Position numbers and translations under genes: made by a program. A DNA stretch of 38,726 nucleotides from a virus (taxonomy: Duplodnaviria; Caudoviricetes), in IMG/VR virus record IMGVR_UViG_3300032111_000006, positions 1-38,726 of that record; one strand, 5' to 3'. Below, in pieces: positions 1-7,684 of the stretch; the stretch's first letter is position 1, and every line of letters starts with the position of its first letter. The notes under the pieces were generated by a model. The model had not been told where the DNA came from and did no database searches. It saw only the letters and a program-made list of their open reading frames with translations.

Positions 1-401
1 GTAAAAATGTAATAAGTGGGGGGAAGTTTTCAGCCTACCTACGAGGAATTGAAACGTTAAGATCAGTCCGCCAAAGGCGCTCACTTAGACCAGTTTTCAG
101 CCTACCTACGAGGAATTGAAACATCAACTCCCGATTAGGTTCGTTACTTCCATATGGCGTTTTCAGCCTACCTACGAGGAATTGAAACGCCGGCCCACCA
201 AAACGACGTTGTTAAGCATTCTTAGTTTTCAGCCTACCTACGAGGAATTGAAACGGGGGTACTGTTATTCCGTGGAACATCGTTCCGGTTGTTTTCAGCC
301 TACCTACGAGGAATTGAAACTCTCTTGGATAGGGGCAAGGGTGGGTGTTGCACCAGGTTTTCAGCCTACCTACGAGGAATTGAAACTGTTTCCATCCCTA
401 T
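1..401 (+). CRISPR. CRISPR array, left part (6 repeats; continues beyond window start)
   Basis: Identical 30-bp repeats GTTTTCAGCCTACCTACGAGGAATTGAAAC at 26, 93, 159, 225, 291 and 357 with 36-37 nt spacers. Orientation inferred from the 3' ATTGAAAC end typical of Cas6-processed type I-B/III repeats. 387-401 is the left piece of an interrupted spacer. Confidence 0.98.
397..401 (+). repeat. Left copy of 5-bp target-site duplication CCTAT
   Basis: CCTAT also at 37119-37123. Removing the element plus one copy restores a 39-nt spacer between two intact repeats. Confidence 0.85.
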
Positions 402-408
402 TATCAAA

Positions 409-426
409 TCTCATGTAACTTGTCCG
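409..426 (+). repeat. Putative transposase-binding site L1
   Basis: TCTCATGTAACTTGTCCG matches the reverse complement of the right-end 18-mer (TCTCACGCAAAATGGCCG) at 13/18 positions, at the same 7-bp offset from the terminus. Confidence 0.7.
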
Positions 427-960
427 GGCGGGGACAGGCGGGAAGACCCGGGAAAACCAGGGATATCGCGGGATTGCGGGGATTTCGCTGAGTGAGATTT
501 TTCCGGCGGCGCGCGGCGCGCCCTGCGGGCGCGGAAACAGTCTCTGAAGGTATGAGGCCGTAAGCGTGAGAGGGGTTTTCGGCGGCGCGGGTCGGCGGCG
601 ATCCTGCCGGCCCTAGGTAACGAAGAGGCATGGAAACAGTAACAGGTTGGAGAGAATCTGTTACTTTATAACACGGTGGCCGTCGTTGTGGTCGGCCACG
701 AGATGAGATCTCGGAAAATATGCGTGTTACCGATCGTTACTAAGGGGGTCTTAAGGTGGATCTGCCGCTAACAGAGGGAGTATTAGAGTAACATATTTCC
801 ATGGAATGGATACCATGACATGGATATAATCCCGCGCAACCTAACCGCGCAACCTTATGAGCGAAGTTGCGCGGATGTATCTTAGGATTATTAAGAATGT
901 GGCGACTTCGTAAAAATAGCGAAGTTGATTACAAATACTATAAAAGAATAACAGATGCTT

Positions 961-995
961 ATAAATAAAAGGACCCCCTAGTCGGGGGCCCTTTG
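961..995 (-). terminator. Probable intrinsic terminator downstream of repressor
   Basis: Minus strand reads AAAGGGCCCCC-GACTA-GGGGGTCCTTTT-ATTTAT: GC stem followed by a U-rich tail. Confidence 0.6.
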
Positions 996-1086
996 CTCAG
1001 AAATGGTTAGTATAATGTCGGTAGCAATGATCTAATAGCTCACTTCCTTTATTAACAAGTATTAACAAGTAGCCTCACTCCCCATA

Positions 1087-1980
1087 TCACCGTGATGGGT
1101 GAGGCTTTTGTTGAGGGGCTTCCATAATGGAAGCCTCTTTTTCCTGGTCTGGTCCAGGTGGTTCCCTCGTTCGGTAGGGGTTATTTGGTGACTCGTGGAC
1201 ACCTTGAGGATAGACCTTGCTGGCCAGAAGATCAACTAACTCGTCGTGATCCTGAATGTTAACCTTACGATCAAGAAGACTAGCTAGGTAAGCAAAAACC
1301 TGCTGTCGCTCAGCGACACTGAGGCGCCGCCCGGCCTGACAGAGTAATTCTAAATCTTCTGCTTCTGTCTTTGATTTTGTTTCAATGATAAGGGTTTTGC
1401 CGTTTCCATAGCTAGCAGTGATATCTGGCCTGCTTTGTCGCTGGCTCAAAATCGAATTAAAAGCTTGCTGAATTGCTTGTTGAGCTAGACGTAGTCCATC
1501 CTCAAAAGTCAACTCCCCTATTACACCGGATGGGGCTCGGGGATCAGTCCCAGTTAGTAACCAGGGTATGGAAACACCAAGCCTGTCAGCGATCATCATA
1601 AGAGTAAAACCATCGGGAACGTATCCATCTACAATTCTACATAACTGATTAACAGGCATTTTTAGGGCCTGTGCGAGGGCATCAGTTGTGACTCCTTTAG
1701 CTTTCATAGTCTCTTTAAGTCGAGTTGAAAACGCAATATCGTGAATATCTGGTGGTTCACCTTCTCCTTTAAGGAGCCACTCTACGGTTGTACCAAGAGC
1801 TTTGGCAATCTTATAAAGAATACTTGCCCGCGGGATGCGCCCCTTAACATAGTTCGAAATGGAATCCTTGTTAAGGCCCAGGCGTTCAGCCAGCTCCAGT
1901 TGAGTAATACCCTCCAGCTCTATCGCCCTTCGCAATCTTTTACCAAATTCGGGGTCAAAATCATCCCTAATGCCTGTCAC
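1087..1980 (-). CDS. Prophage repressor, two tandem XRE/HTH_3 domains plus C-terminal extension
   Basis: FGKRLRRAIELEGITQLELAERLG...GRIP and FSTRLKETMKAKGVTTDALAQAL...VSIPWLLTG. Divergent from the early operon at the left end, like Mu c. GTG start at 1980 chosen from a GGGAGGGG SD (ORF track start is 2016). Confidence 0.85.
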   Translation of the reverse strand: MTGIRDDFDPEFGKRLRRAIELEGITQLELAERLGLNKDSISNYVKGRIPRASILYKIAKALGTTVEWLLKGEGEPPDIHDIAFSTRLKETMKAKGVTTDALAQALKMPVNQLCRIVDGYVPDGFTLMMIADRLGVSIPWLLTGTDPRAPSGVIGELTFEDGLRLAQQAIQQAFNSILSQRQSRPDITASYGNGKTLIIETKSKTEAEDLELLCQAGRRLSVAERQQVFAYLASLLDRKVNIQDHDELVDLLASKVYPQGVHESPNNPYRTREPPGPDQEKEASIMEAPQQKPHPSR

Positions 1981-2046
1981 CCCCTCCCGCCGGCGACCGC
2001 ATACGGCGATCATCATAAATCCCTGCTGACAATCGACATAAGTAAC

Positions 2047-2075
2047 TTGACTGATTATGACAATCGCCGTAAAAT
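2047..2075 (+). promoter_or_regulatory. Putative sigma-A early promoter (Pe-like)
   Basis: TTGACT-N17-TAAAAT in the repressor/cro intergenic region. Confidence 0.6.
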
Positions 2076-2210
2076 GAATTTAGCGGGTGGTTTTTCTACC
2101 TCAAGAGTATGCTACCACATCCGATGACCATCCGAAACTCTAACTGTTCGACAAATGTGACGAGTGGGTGACGCAATCCGACAAGTTGCTTTTCGGAGGA
2201 TGCGCTTTAG

Positions 2211-2411
2211 ATGAACGATCTCGGCAAGTTAATCAAAAAGAACCTTATTGATAAAGGAATGACTCAGGGCGAGCTAGCCAGCAGGATCGGTGTTAGTGAA
2301 AAATACCTTTCCCGCATTGTTCGCGGTGAACGGGGGCCAGGAAAGTACGTTCCGGCCTTGGCGCGGGAATTGAATGTTCCCGAGGAGACGATCCGCGAGC
2401 TGGCGAGCTGA
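2211..2411 (+). CDS. Cro/Ner-like HTH regulator
   Basis: 66-aa XRE HTH (GMTQGELASRIGVSEKYLSRIVRG), GGAGG SD, first early gene. Confidence 0.85.
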   Translation: MNDLGKLIKKNLIDKGMTQGELASRIGVSEKYLSRIVRGERGPGKYVPALARELNVPEETIRELAS

Positions 2412-2441
2412 ACGCCCAAAACTGAGGGGGGGGCGCCACCG

Positions 2442-2900
2442 GTGCAGCAAGGTAGCCTCTTTAAGAACGCAGATATGGGAAAGCGGGAACGGATGATTCC
2501 TGCCGGCACTGTTTTGGCGGAGATGCGGCGGATTAACCGGCGAATGGGCAGCCTACAGTCAGATCTGCGAGCACTCGAACGGCTGATCGTCGAGGAACAC
2601 GAAGCCAGCCGCCCGCGCCGGCATCACAGCTTTGAGCCGGCGGCGCTTGCCTACCTGGTGGAGCTGCACGGGGAGAACCCTGGCGCTAAGAGTCGCCAGT
2701 TGATCAAGCAGTTGATGGATAAGGCTGCCGAGCGGGGCTGGCGGATCGGCTCTCTGAAGACGATTTACCGCGTTTTGAAGGAGCTGCGCGCCGGTGCCCG
2801 CTTAGACATCAGCGACCGAAAGGGGGTGGAACATGGAGGTCAGCAAGCATGCGGCCAAGAGGTGGGTGGAGCGGATCGACCGCACGGCGATGGAAGCTGA
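2442..2900 (+). CDS. Small protein with Mu-transposase I-gamma-like HTH
   Basis: PAALAYLVELHG...AAERGWRIGSLKTIYRVL parallels the transposase segment PELIRFIKREYL...AEELGVPAPSRATVYRII. Start uncertain. Confidence 0.55.
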   Translation: MQQGSLFKNADMGKRERMIPAGTVLAEMRRINRRMGSLQSDLRALERLIVEEHEASRPRRHHSFEPAALAYLVELHGENPGAKSRQLIKQLMDKAAERGWRIGSLKTIYRVLKELRAGARLDISDRKGVEHGGQQACGQEVGGADRPHGDGS

Positions 2901-3390
2901 CGCCGTCGCCGCGGTGGCCGACGCGGTTATCCGGGCAGAACTGCTGTATCGGAAGCCGGAAGAAGACGGACAGATTGTAGAGTTCTATCTATTGGACGAC
3001 GTCGTGCTGGTTGCCAAGAACAATACGGTCTTGACGGTCTTCAGGGCGGAATACGGCTTCAACGCCGAAATCGACCGACAGGTATGCACTCAGTTGAAGC
3101 TCGCGCTTGCCGGTGCGCGGGAAGAGCTACGGCGGGCACGGGAAGAAGCGGAGCAGCATGCCACGGCGGCCCAGGACCAGTTGGATAGGATCAATGCGGA
3201 GCGGCAGCAACTCGAAGCCCGCTTACAGATGCTGCGGGCGCGCGAGAACAAGCTACTGGAGGAGCAGACGGAGCTGGACAGGCGGGTCGACGAGTTGGAG
3301 CACCTGGTTGAATCTTACGCGATGAAGATCGTGTACTCGGTCCTCTATCGCTCTGAATGGACAAGCGGCAAGGTTAAGCAACTTGGGTAA
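2833..3390 (+). CDS. Hypothetical protein, N-terminal SKHAxxRWxER domain plus coiled coil
   Basis: 185-aa ORF with GGGGGTGG SD and heptad-rich C-terminal half. Confidence 0.7.
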   Translation: MEVSKHAAKRWVERIDRTAMEADAVAAVADAVIRAELLYRKPEEDGQIVEFYLLDDVVLVAKNNTVLTVFRAEYGFNAEIDRQVCTQLKLALAGAREELRRAREEAEQHATAAQDQLDRINAERQQLEARLQMLRARENKLLEEQTELDRRVDELEHLVESYAMKIVYSVLYRSEWTSGKVKQLG

Positions 3391-3393
3391 CAA

Positions 3394-3548
3394 GGCTGGG
3401 GCGGCGTGGTGGGCACACGCTGATGATCACAAGGTGATACCAAGCCTGCCTAGCCCTCGCGAGGGTATCGGCAAACCGGTATCCTGGCGAGGGCGATGGA
3501 TGCAGGCGGTGAAAAGGCACCAAGCCGGTTCGAATCCGGCCCCCGACC
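3394..3548 (+). ncRNA. tRNA-like structured RNA with ~100-nt insertion in place of the anticodon arm
   Basis: Acceptor-like GGCTGGGG/CCCCGACC, D-arm GCGTG-GTGGGCA-CACGC, perfect T-arm GCCGG-TTCGAAT-CCGGC (3524-3540), nested hairpins between them. Confidence 0.6.
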
Positions 3549-3570
3549 TACCTCTAACGGAAGGGGGGAA

Positions 3571-5490
3571 GTGAAGATAAGCAGCGAGATTTGGCTGACG
3601 ACGGCTGAAGTAGCTGACGTACTTAAAATGTCGGCATTCTCAGTGCGGAAACAGATCGCAAGGGGTCTGTACGTTATCCGGGAAGAACCCGGTAACGGCG
3701 GGGCTTGCCGGAAGCGGTATCTAATCGCGCTATCTTCTCTCCCCCCTGACATTCAGAGGCAGTTCGCTCAAGACCAAGCCGAGCAGGAAGCCGACCCTCT
3801 CCCCGCCCAGGCGGACGATTCCAGCTCGGCGGCGCAAAGGACAACGTGCACCTTGGCCGAGCTGGAGAGCCGTCTCTCTGACGAGGAGTACCGGCGCGTG
3901 ATGGACGAGGCCTGGCAGAAGGTAGCCATCTGCGAGGAGGTGATTGCTCTACGCGACGACCCAGACCGGGCGGCGAAGCTCGCCACTCTGATGAGCAAAC
4001 ACCATGTCAGCGACCGCACCCTGCGCCGCTGGGTCGCAGCCTACGAACGGGAGGGGATCGATGGGTTGATCCACCAGAAGTACCGCCAAGCGGTCGCCCA
4101 GCGCCGGGTCCATCCGGAGCTTATCCGGTTCATCAAGCGCGAATACCTACAGCCGCACAAACCTACGAAGCAACACGTCTACGAGCGGGCGTGCCGTTAC
4201 GCCGAGGAATTGGGTGTCCCGGCGCCGTCGCGGGCTACGGTGTACCGCATCATCGACGAGGACATCCTCCCGGGCGAGCGAGTGATGGGCCGGGAGGGCA
4301 TAGAGGCTTTCCGGAAGACGATCGAGCCCAAGTGCCGACGCGACCTGAGCGACCTGCAAAAGAACGAGATCTGGACGGGGGACGGCCACACAATTCCAGT
4401 GTTCCTGAACTTTGGCGGTCGTCCCTTAAAAGCCGTGGTCTCGGTTTGGATGGACATGCGCACCGAGGTTGTAACCGGCTTCTGCGTCAGCCAATACGAC
4501 AACAGCCAGAGCATCGCCCTGGCGCTCCGGCATGGCATACTGCCGAAACCCAACTCTCCAATTCAGGGCATCCCCGCCCAGGTCTACACCGATAACGGCA
4601 AGGACTACAGGAGCAAACACCTCGCCGCCGTCTATGCCAGCCTGCGGATCGACGAGCGGTTCTGCACCCCGCACAGTCCCTGGACAAAGCCCATCGAGCG
4701 ATTCTTCTCCACTATGCACTTGCGCTTTAGCAAGTACCTGCCCGGGTACTGTGGCAACAAACCGGAGGACAGGCCCGAAGGGTTCGACGAGAAAGCTCTT
4801 TGCAGGGCGGGCAAACTGCTCACGCCCGAAGAGTTTGCCTCGCGCCTGGCGGAGTGGATTGAGACCGACTACCATAAACGCCGGCATTCCGGGCTCGGCA
4901 TGTCACCGATGGAACTCTACGAGTCATTACCCGCTGCCCGGCCGGAGATGCCGGATGCCCGTGTCCTGGACCTTCTTTTAATGAAGCTCAACGAAGTCAA
5001 GATCTACCCGGACGGCATACGGCGTTTCGGACGGCTGTTCTGGGCCGAGGAGTTGGTGCCATTCATCGGGGATACGGTGACGGTTCGTTACGACCCGTCC
5101 AATGTCGGCGAACTGGTCGTCTTTCGCCGGGGCCGGTACCTGTGCGTGGCGAAGAACGCGGAACTGCTTTCAATGCGCGCCACCGAGGCGCAGGTCAAGG
5201 AGCATATCGCGCGCCAGCGGCGGGCGCGCAAGTTCTTCCGGCAGCGCCTGGCCGAACTAGATGCACCGCTCAGCGAGGTCCAGGATATACCCAAGGTCGT
5301 CGGTGCCAACGACGAGGGCGTCAGGCCGCAGGTGCAGATGCTCACCGGGCTGGAAGCCGCGGCCAGGGCGCGGGCCGCGGCACAGGACGATCTTCCCCCG
5401 CCGCCGGCCGTGGAAAAACGTGACCGCGTCAAGGATTTCCTGGTGGCCCGGGGCGACCGGGTCGCAAAGAGATTAGCCAAGGAGGGATGA
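3571..5490 (+). CDS. MuA-like DDE transposase
   Basis: N-terminal HTH, WTGDGH / YTDNGKDY / KPIERFF DDE triad, Mu-transposase C-terminal VRYDP region. GTG start at 3571 after GGAAGGGGGG. Confidence 0.95.
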   Translation: MKISSEIWLTTAEVADVLKMSAFSVRKQIARGLYVIREEPGNGGACRKRYLIALSSLPPDIQRQFAQDQAEQEADPLPAQADDSSSAAQRTTCTLAELESRLSDEEYRRVMDEAWQKVAICEEVIALRDDPDRAAKLATLMSKHHVSDRTLRRWVAAYEREGIDGLIHQKYRQAVAQRRVHPELIRFIKREYLQPHKPTKQHVYERACRYAEELGVPAPSRATVYRIIDEDILPGERVMGREGIEAFRKTIEPKCRRDLSDLQKNEIWTGDGHTIPVFLNFGGRPLKAVVSVWMDMRTEVVTGFCVSQYDNSQSIALALRHGILPKPNSPIQGIPAQVYTDNGKDYRSKHLAAVYASLRIDERFCTPHSPWTKPIERFFSTMHLRFSKYLPGYCGNKPEDRPEGFDEKALCRAGKLLTPEEFASRLAEWIETDYHKRRHSGLGMSPMELYESLPAARPEMPDARVLDLLLMKLNEVKIYPDGIRRFGRLFWAEELVPFIGDTVTVRYDPSNVGELVVFRRGRYLCVAKNAELLSMRATEAQVKEHIARQRRARKFFRQRLAELDAPLSEVQDIPKVVGANDEGVRPQVQMLTGLEAAARARAAAQDDLPPPPAVEKRDRVKDFLVARGDRVAKRLAKEG

Positions 5491-6470
5491 CAGTGGGACA
5501 GGTTGTGAGGATGGACGAGGCTGACCGCAGGGCGGTCGACGACCTGCGGCTGTATTTCAAGATGATGGTCGAGGACCGGGGGGCCACGGTCAGCGGCATC
5601 GCCCGGGAAATCGGCGTGAGCCACACGTATGTCAGCCGGTTCCTCGCCGGCGAGGACGGGAGCGCCAACCTGCGCGAAAAGCTGACGGAGCTAAAAGCCC
5701 GGTGGGAAGCGGCCACAGCCGAGGACCAGGCCGAGAAGCGCGAGTACCGGCGGGAGATTGACTTTTTCCTGACGAGTGACGCGAAGCAGGTCCTGGCAGT
5801 TTGCGATCTCTGCCAGTCGGAGCGCGAGATCGGCGTCATCGTGGGGCCGGCCGGCACCGGCAAAACGACGGCTCTCCTGAAGTTCTGCGAGAGCAACCCC
5901 GACGCGGTGTATGTGCGCGGTGACGTATCGATGACCGCCAAGGAGCTGCTGATCGAAATTGCCGACCGGCTGGGCATCGATGCCGGGTACGGGTCCCTGC
6001 GGTCGGTGATGAGACGAATTGTTACCCGGTTGAAGGAGCGGCCCGCGCTGATCATCATCGACGAAGCGGATCTCCTTGTGAGCTTCACAGTGCGGAAGCT
6101 CGAACTGCTGCGGACGATCTTCGATGAGTCCAGGTGCGGCCTGGTCCTCTGTGGCATGCCTCGTTTGGCGGGCTATCTGTTGCGTGGCCCGTCGATGAAG
6201 GAGAACCTGGCGCAGATCTACTCCCGGGTGGCGTACACCGCAAAGCTCGGCGGCCTGGCCCGCGCGGAAGCGGAGCAGATCCTCAGCGAGTATGAGCTGA
6301 CCGAGGCCGCGCGGAAGCTGCTGGTAGAGCGGGCGCTCGACTCAAAGCGAGGCGGCTTGCGGCGCTTTACGAAGCTGCTGGGCCGGGCGCTGGATCTGGC
6401 CGGCGAGCAGAAGATCACCCGGGAGATCGTTGAAGACGCCGGCCGGCTCATCCTCTCGTTAGAAGACTAG
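5487..6470 (+). CDS. MuB-like AAA+ transposition ATPase
   Basis: N-terminal HTH, Walker A GPAGTGKT, Walker B IIIDEAD; ATGA overlap with the transposase. Confidence 0.93.
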   Translation: MTVGQVVRMDEADRRAVDDLRLYFKMMVEDRGATVSGIAREIGVSHTYVSRFLAGEDGSANLREKLTELKARWEAATAEDQAEKREYRREIDFFLTSDAKQVLAVCDLCQSEREIGVIVGPAGTGKTTALLKFCESNPDAVYVRGDVSMTAKELLIEIADRLGIDAGYGSLRSVMRRIVTRLKERPALIIIDEADLLVSFTVRKLELLRTIFDESRCGLVLCGMPRLAGYLLRGPSMKENLAQIYSRVAYTAKLGGLARAEAEQILSEYELTEAARKLLVERALDSKRGGLRRFTKLLGRALDLAGEQKITREIVEDAGRLILSLED

Positions 6471-6471
6471 A

Positions 6472-6571
6472 TGCCGAAACCCTCGGCCTGGCCGGCCGGG
6501 GGTCGTGGAAGGGGTGGCGCCCCTTCTACCTGACGACCGCGGAAGCGGGCCGGGCAACCGGCGGCAAGCCA
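6472..6571 (+). ncRNA. Type II hammerhead ribozyme (variant with core insertion)
   Basis: TGCC-GAAA-stem III (10 bp)-GTC (cut after 6504)-stem I (10 bp, loop TGGCG)-CTGACGA-[26-nt insert]-GGCA, then GCCA able to pair with the stem I loop as a pseudoknot. Confidence 0.8.
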
Positions 6572-6601
6572 ATAGCCAATCCACAAGGGGGATGAAAAAC
6601 C

Positions 6602-6916
6602 ATGCGTTGGGGTGACACCGGGCCCCGCTATATTAACCACACGATCTGCCCCGTACCGCTCAAAGACCCAGACCCCACCAACTGCAGTTGTTGGGGCTGT
6701 CGGCACGACTTAGGCACGCGGTGCGGGGCAGGACATCCTTACCCGCACCACTACACCAGCGGCGAGATGTTCTGCTGGGATTTCGAGGATACCCTCATCG
6801 AAGCGCTTATCCAAGACCGGGGCAAGTGGATTGGTTGGGCTATCCTGGCGGTCGCCGGGCTGACCATTACAGCCTACGTTGTGGTGGCGGCCGTACGCTG
6901 GGGGTGGCCGGCGTGA
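6602..6916 (+). CDS. Hypothetical Cys/His-rich protein with C-terminal TM helix
   Basis: 104-aa ORF, AAGGGGG SD, hydrophobic C-terminus. Confidence 0.65.
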   Translation: MRWGDTGPRYINHTICPVPLKDPDPTNCSCWGCRHDLGTRCGAGHPYPHHYTSGEMFCWDFEDTLIEALIQDRGKWIGWAILAVAGLTITAYVVVAAVRWGWPA

Positions 6917-7005
6917 TCGACGGGGGCATGGTTGTCACCCTGATGTTTGTTGCCGTGGCCCTGGCCGCCCTGGCCGCAACCGGACACCGCGGGAGGATGC
7001 CGTGA
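6913..7005 (+). CDS. Small membrane peptide (30 aa)
   Basis: GTGA-coupled to both neighbours; MIDGGMVVTLMFVAVALAALAATGHRGRMP. Confidence 0.45.
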   Translation: MIDGGMVVTLMFVAVALAALAATGHRGRMP

Positions 7006-7478
7006 GATACCTGGTGGTAGCCATCGCGGCGGCCATCGTCCTGGCGGCGCCGGCGCCGGCCGCGGCGCCGGGACGAAGTTGGACGCCCGCCGGCGGGACT
7101 CCCGTTTCTCAGGGCTTCGGCGACGTTCGAAAAGTCGACGTGTTGGACACCGCCGAACACCTGCTTGTGGAGGCCACCGGGTACAGCTATGACGACGGCA
7201 ACGGCGACGGGGTAACGGCTACCGGTACCGTCCCCCGCCCCGGGGTTTGCGCCGTCGACCCCGGGGTGATTCCGCTGGGTACCAAACTCTGGGTACCGGG
7301 CTATGGCTGGGCCAGGGCCGAGGATACCGGTGGCGCGATCCGGGGGGCGAAGATCGACCTCTTCTTCCCCACCCGCGAGGCGGCCCTACAGTGGGGCCGG
7401 CGGACGGTTCAAGTGAAGGTGGTGACTGACAGTGCTTCGGGCATCCCACTTGAAGGCAACCAACTTGGTGCTCAGTGA
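7002..7478 (+). CDS. Secreted 3D-domain (MltA-like) peptidoglycan-active protein
   Basis: Signal peptide MRYLVVAIAAAIVLAAPAPAAA; 3D motif AVDPGVIPLGT...AEDTGGAIRGAKIDLF; GGGAGG SD before GTG 7002. Confidence 0.85.
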   Translation: MRYLVVAIAAAIVLAAPAPAAAPGRSWTPAGGTPVSQGFGDVRKVDVLDTAEHLLVEATGYSYDDGNGDGVTATGTVPRPGVCAVDPGVIPLGTKLWVPGYGWARAEDTGGAIRGAKIDLFFPTREAALQWGRRTVQVKVVTDSASGIPLEGNQLGAQ

Positions 7479-7680
7479 ACTCGAACGAGCAGTGCAGACC
7501 TACTCCGCCTTTAACAGCGCACATGAGGGTTACGCAGTGATACTCGAAGAACTGGATGAGCTTTGGGAAGAGATCCGCAAACGCAACCCGGACCCGCACC
7601 GTATACAGAAAGAAGTCGTCCAGGTTGGGGCCATGGCGATACGGTTCCTGGTTGATGTTTGCAAAGTATCCGCGGAGTAG
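7432..7680 (+). CDS. MazG-like NTP pyrophosphohydrolase family protein
   Basis: EGYAVILEELDELWEEI...KEVVQVGAMA (ExxE...E motif of the all-alpha NTP-PPases). Confidence 0.6.
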   Translation: MLRASHLKATNLVLSELERAVQTYSAFNSAHEGYAVILEELDELWEEIRKRNPDPHRIQKEVVQVGAMAIRFLVDVCKVSAE

Positions 7681-7684
7681 GTGA

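Noticed and set aside
116-495. ORFs with repeating FQPTYEELK / FSAYLRGIET
   Set aside because: Translations of CRISPR repeats; same for 37763-37993, 38069-38365 and 38295-38564.
3394-3548. Functional tRNA, tmRNA or att-site tRNA fragment
   Set aside because: No anticodon arm or CCA, too short and no tag ORF for tmRNA, and not at an element boundary. Kept only as a tRNA-like ncRNA.
3383-3574. 63-aa ORF and the 3496 start of the transposase
   Set aside because: Both overlap the structured RNA; the SD supports GTG 3571.
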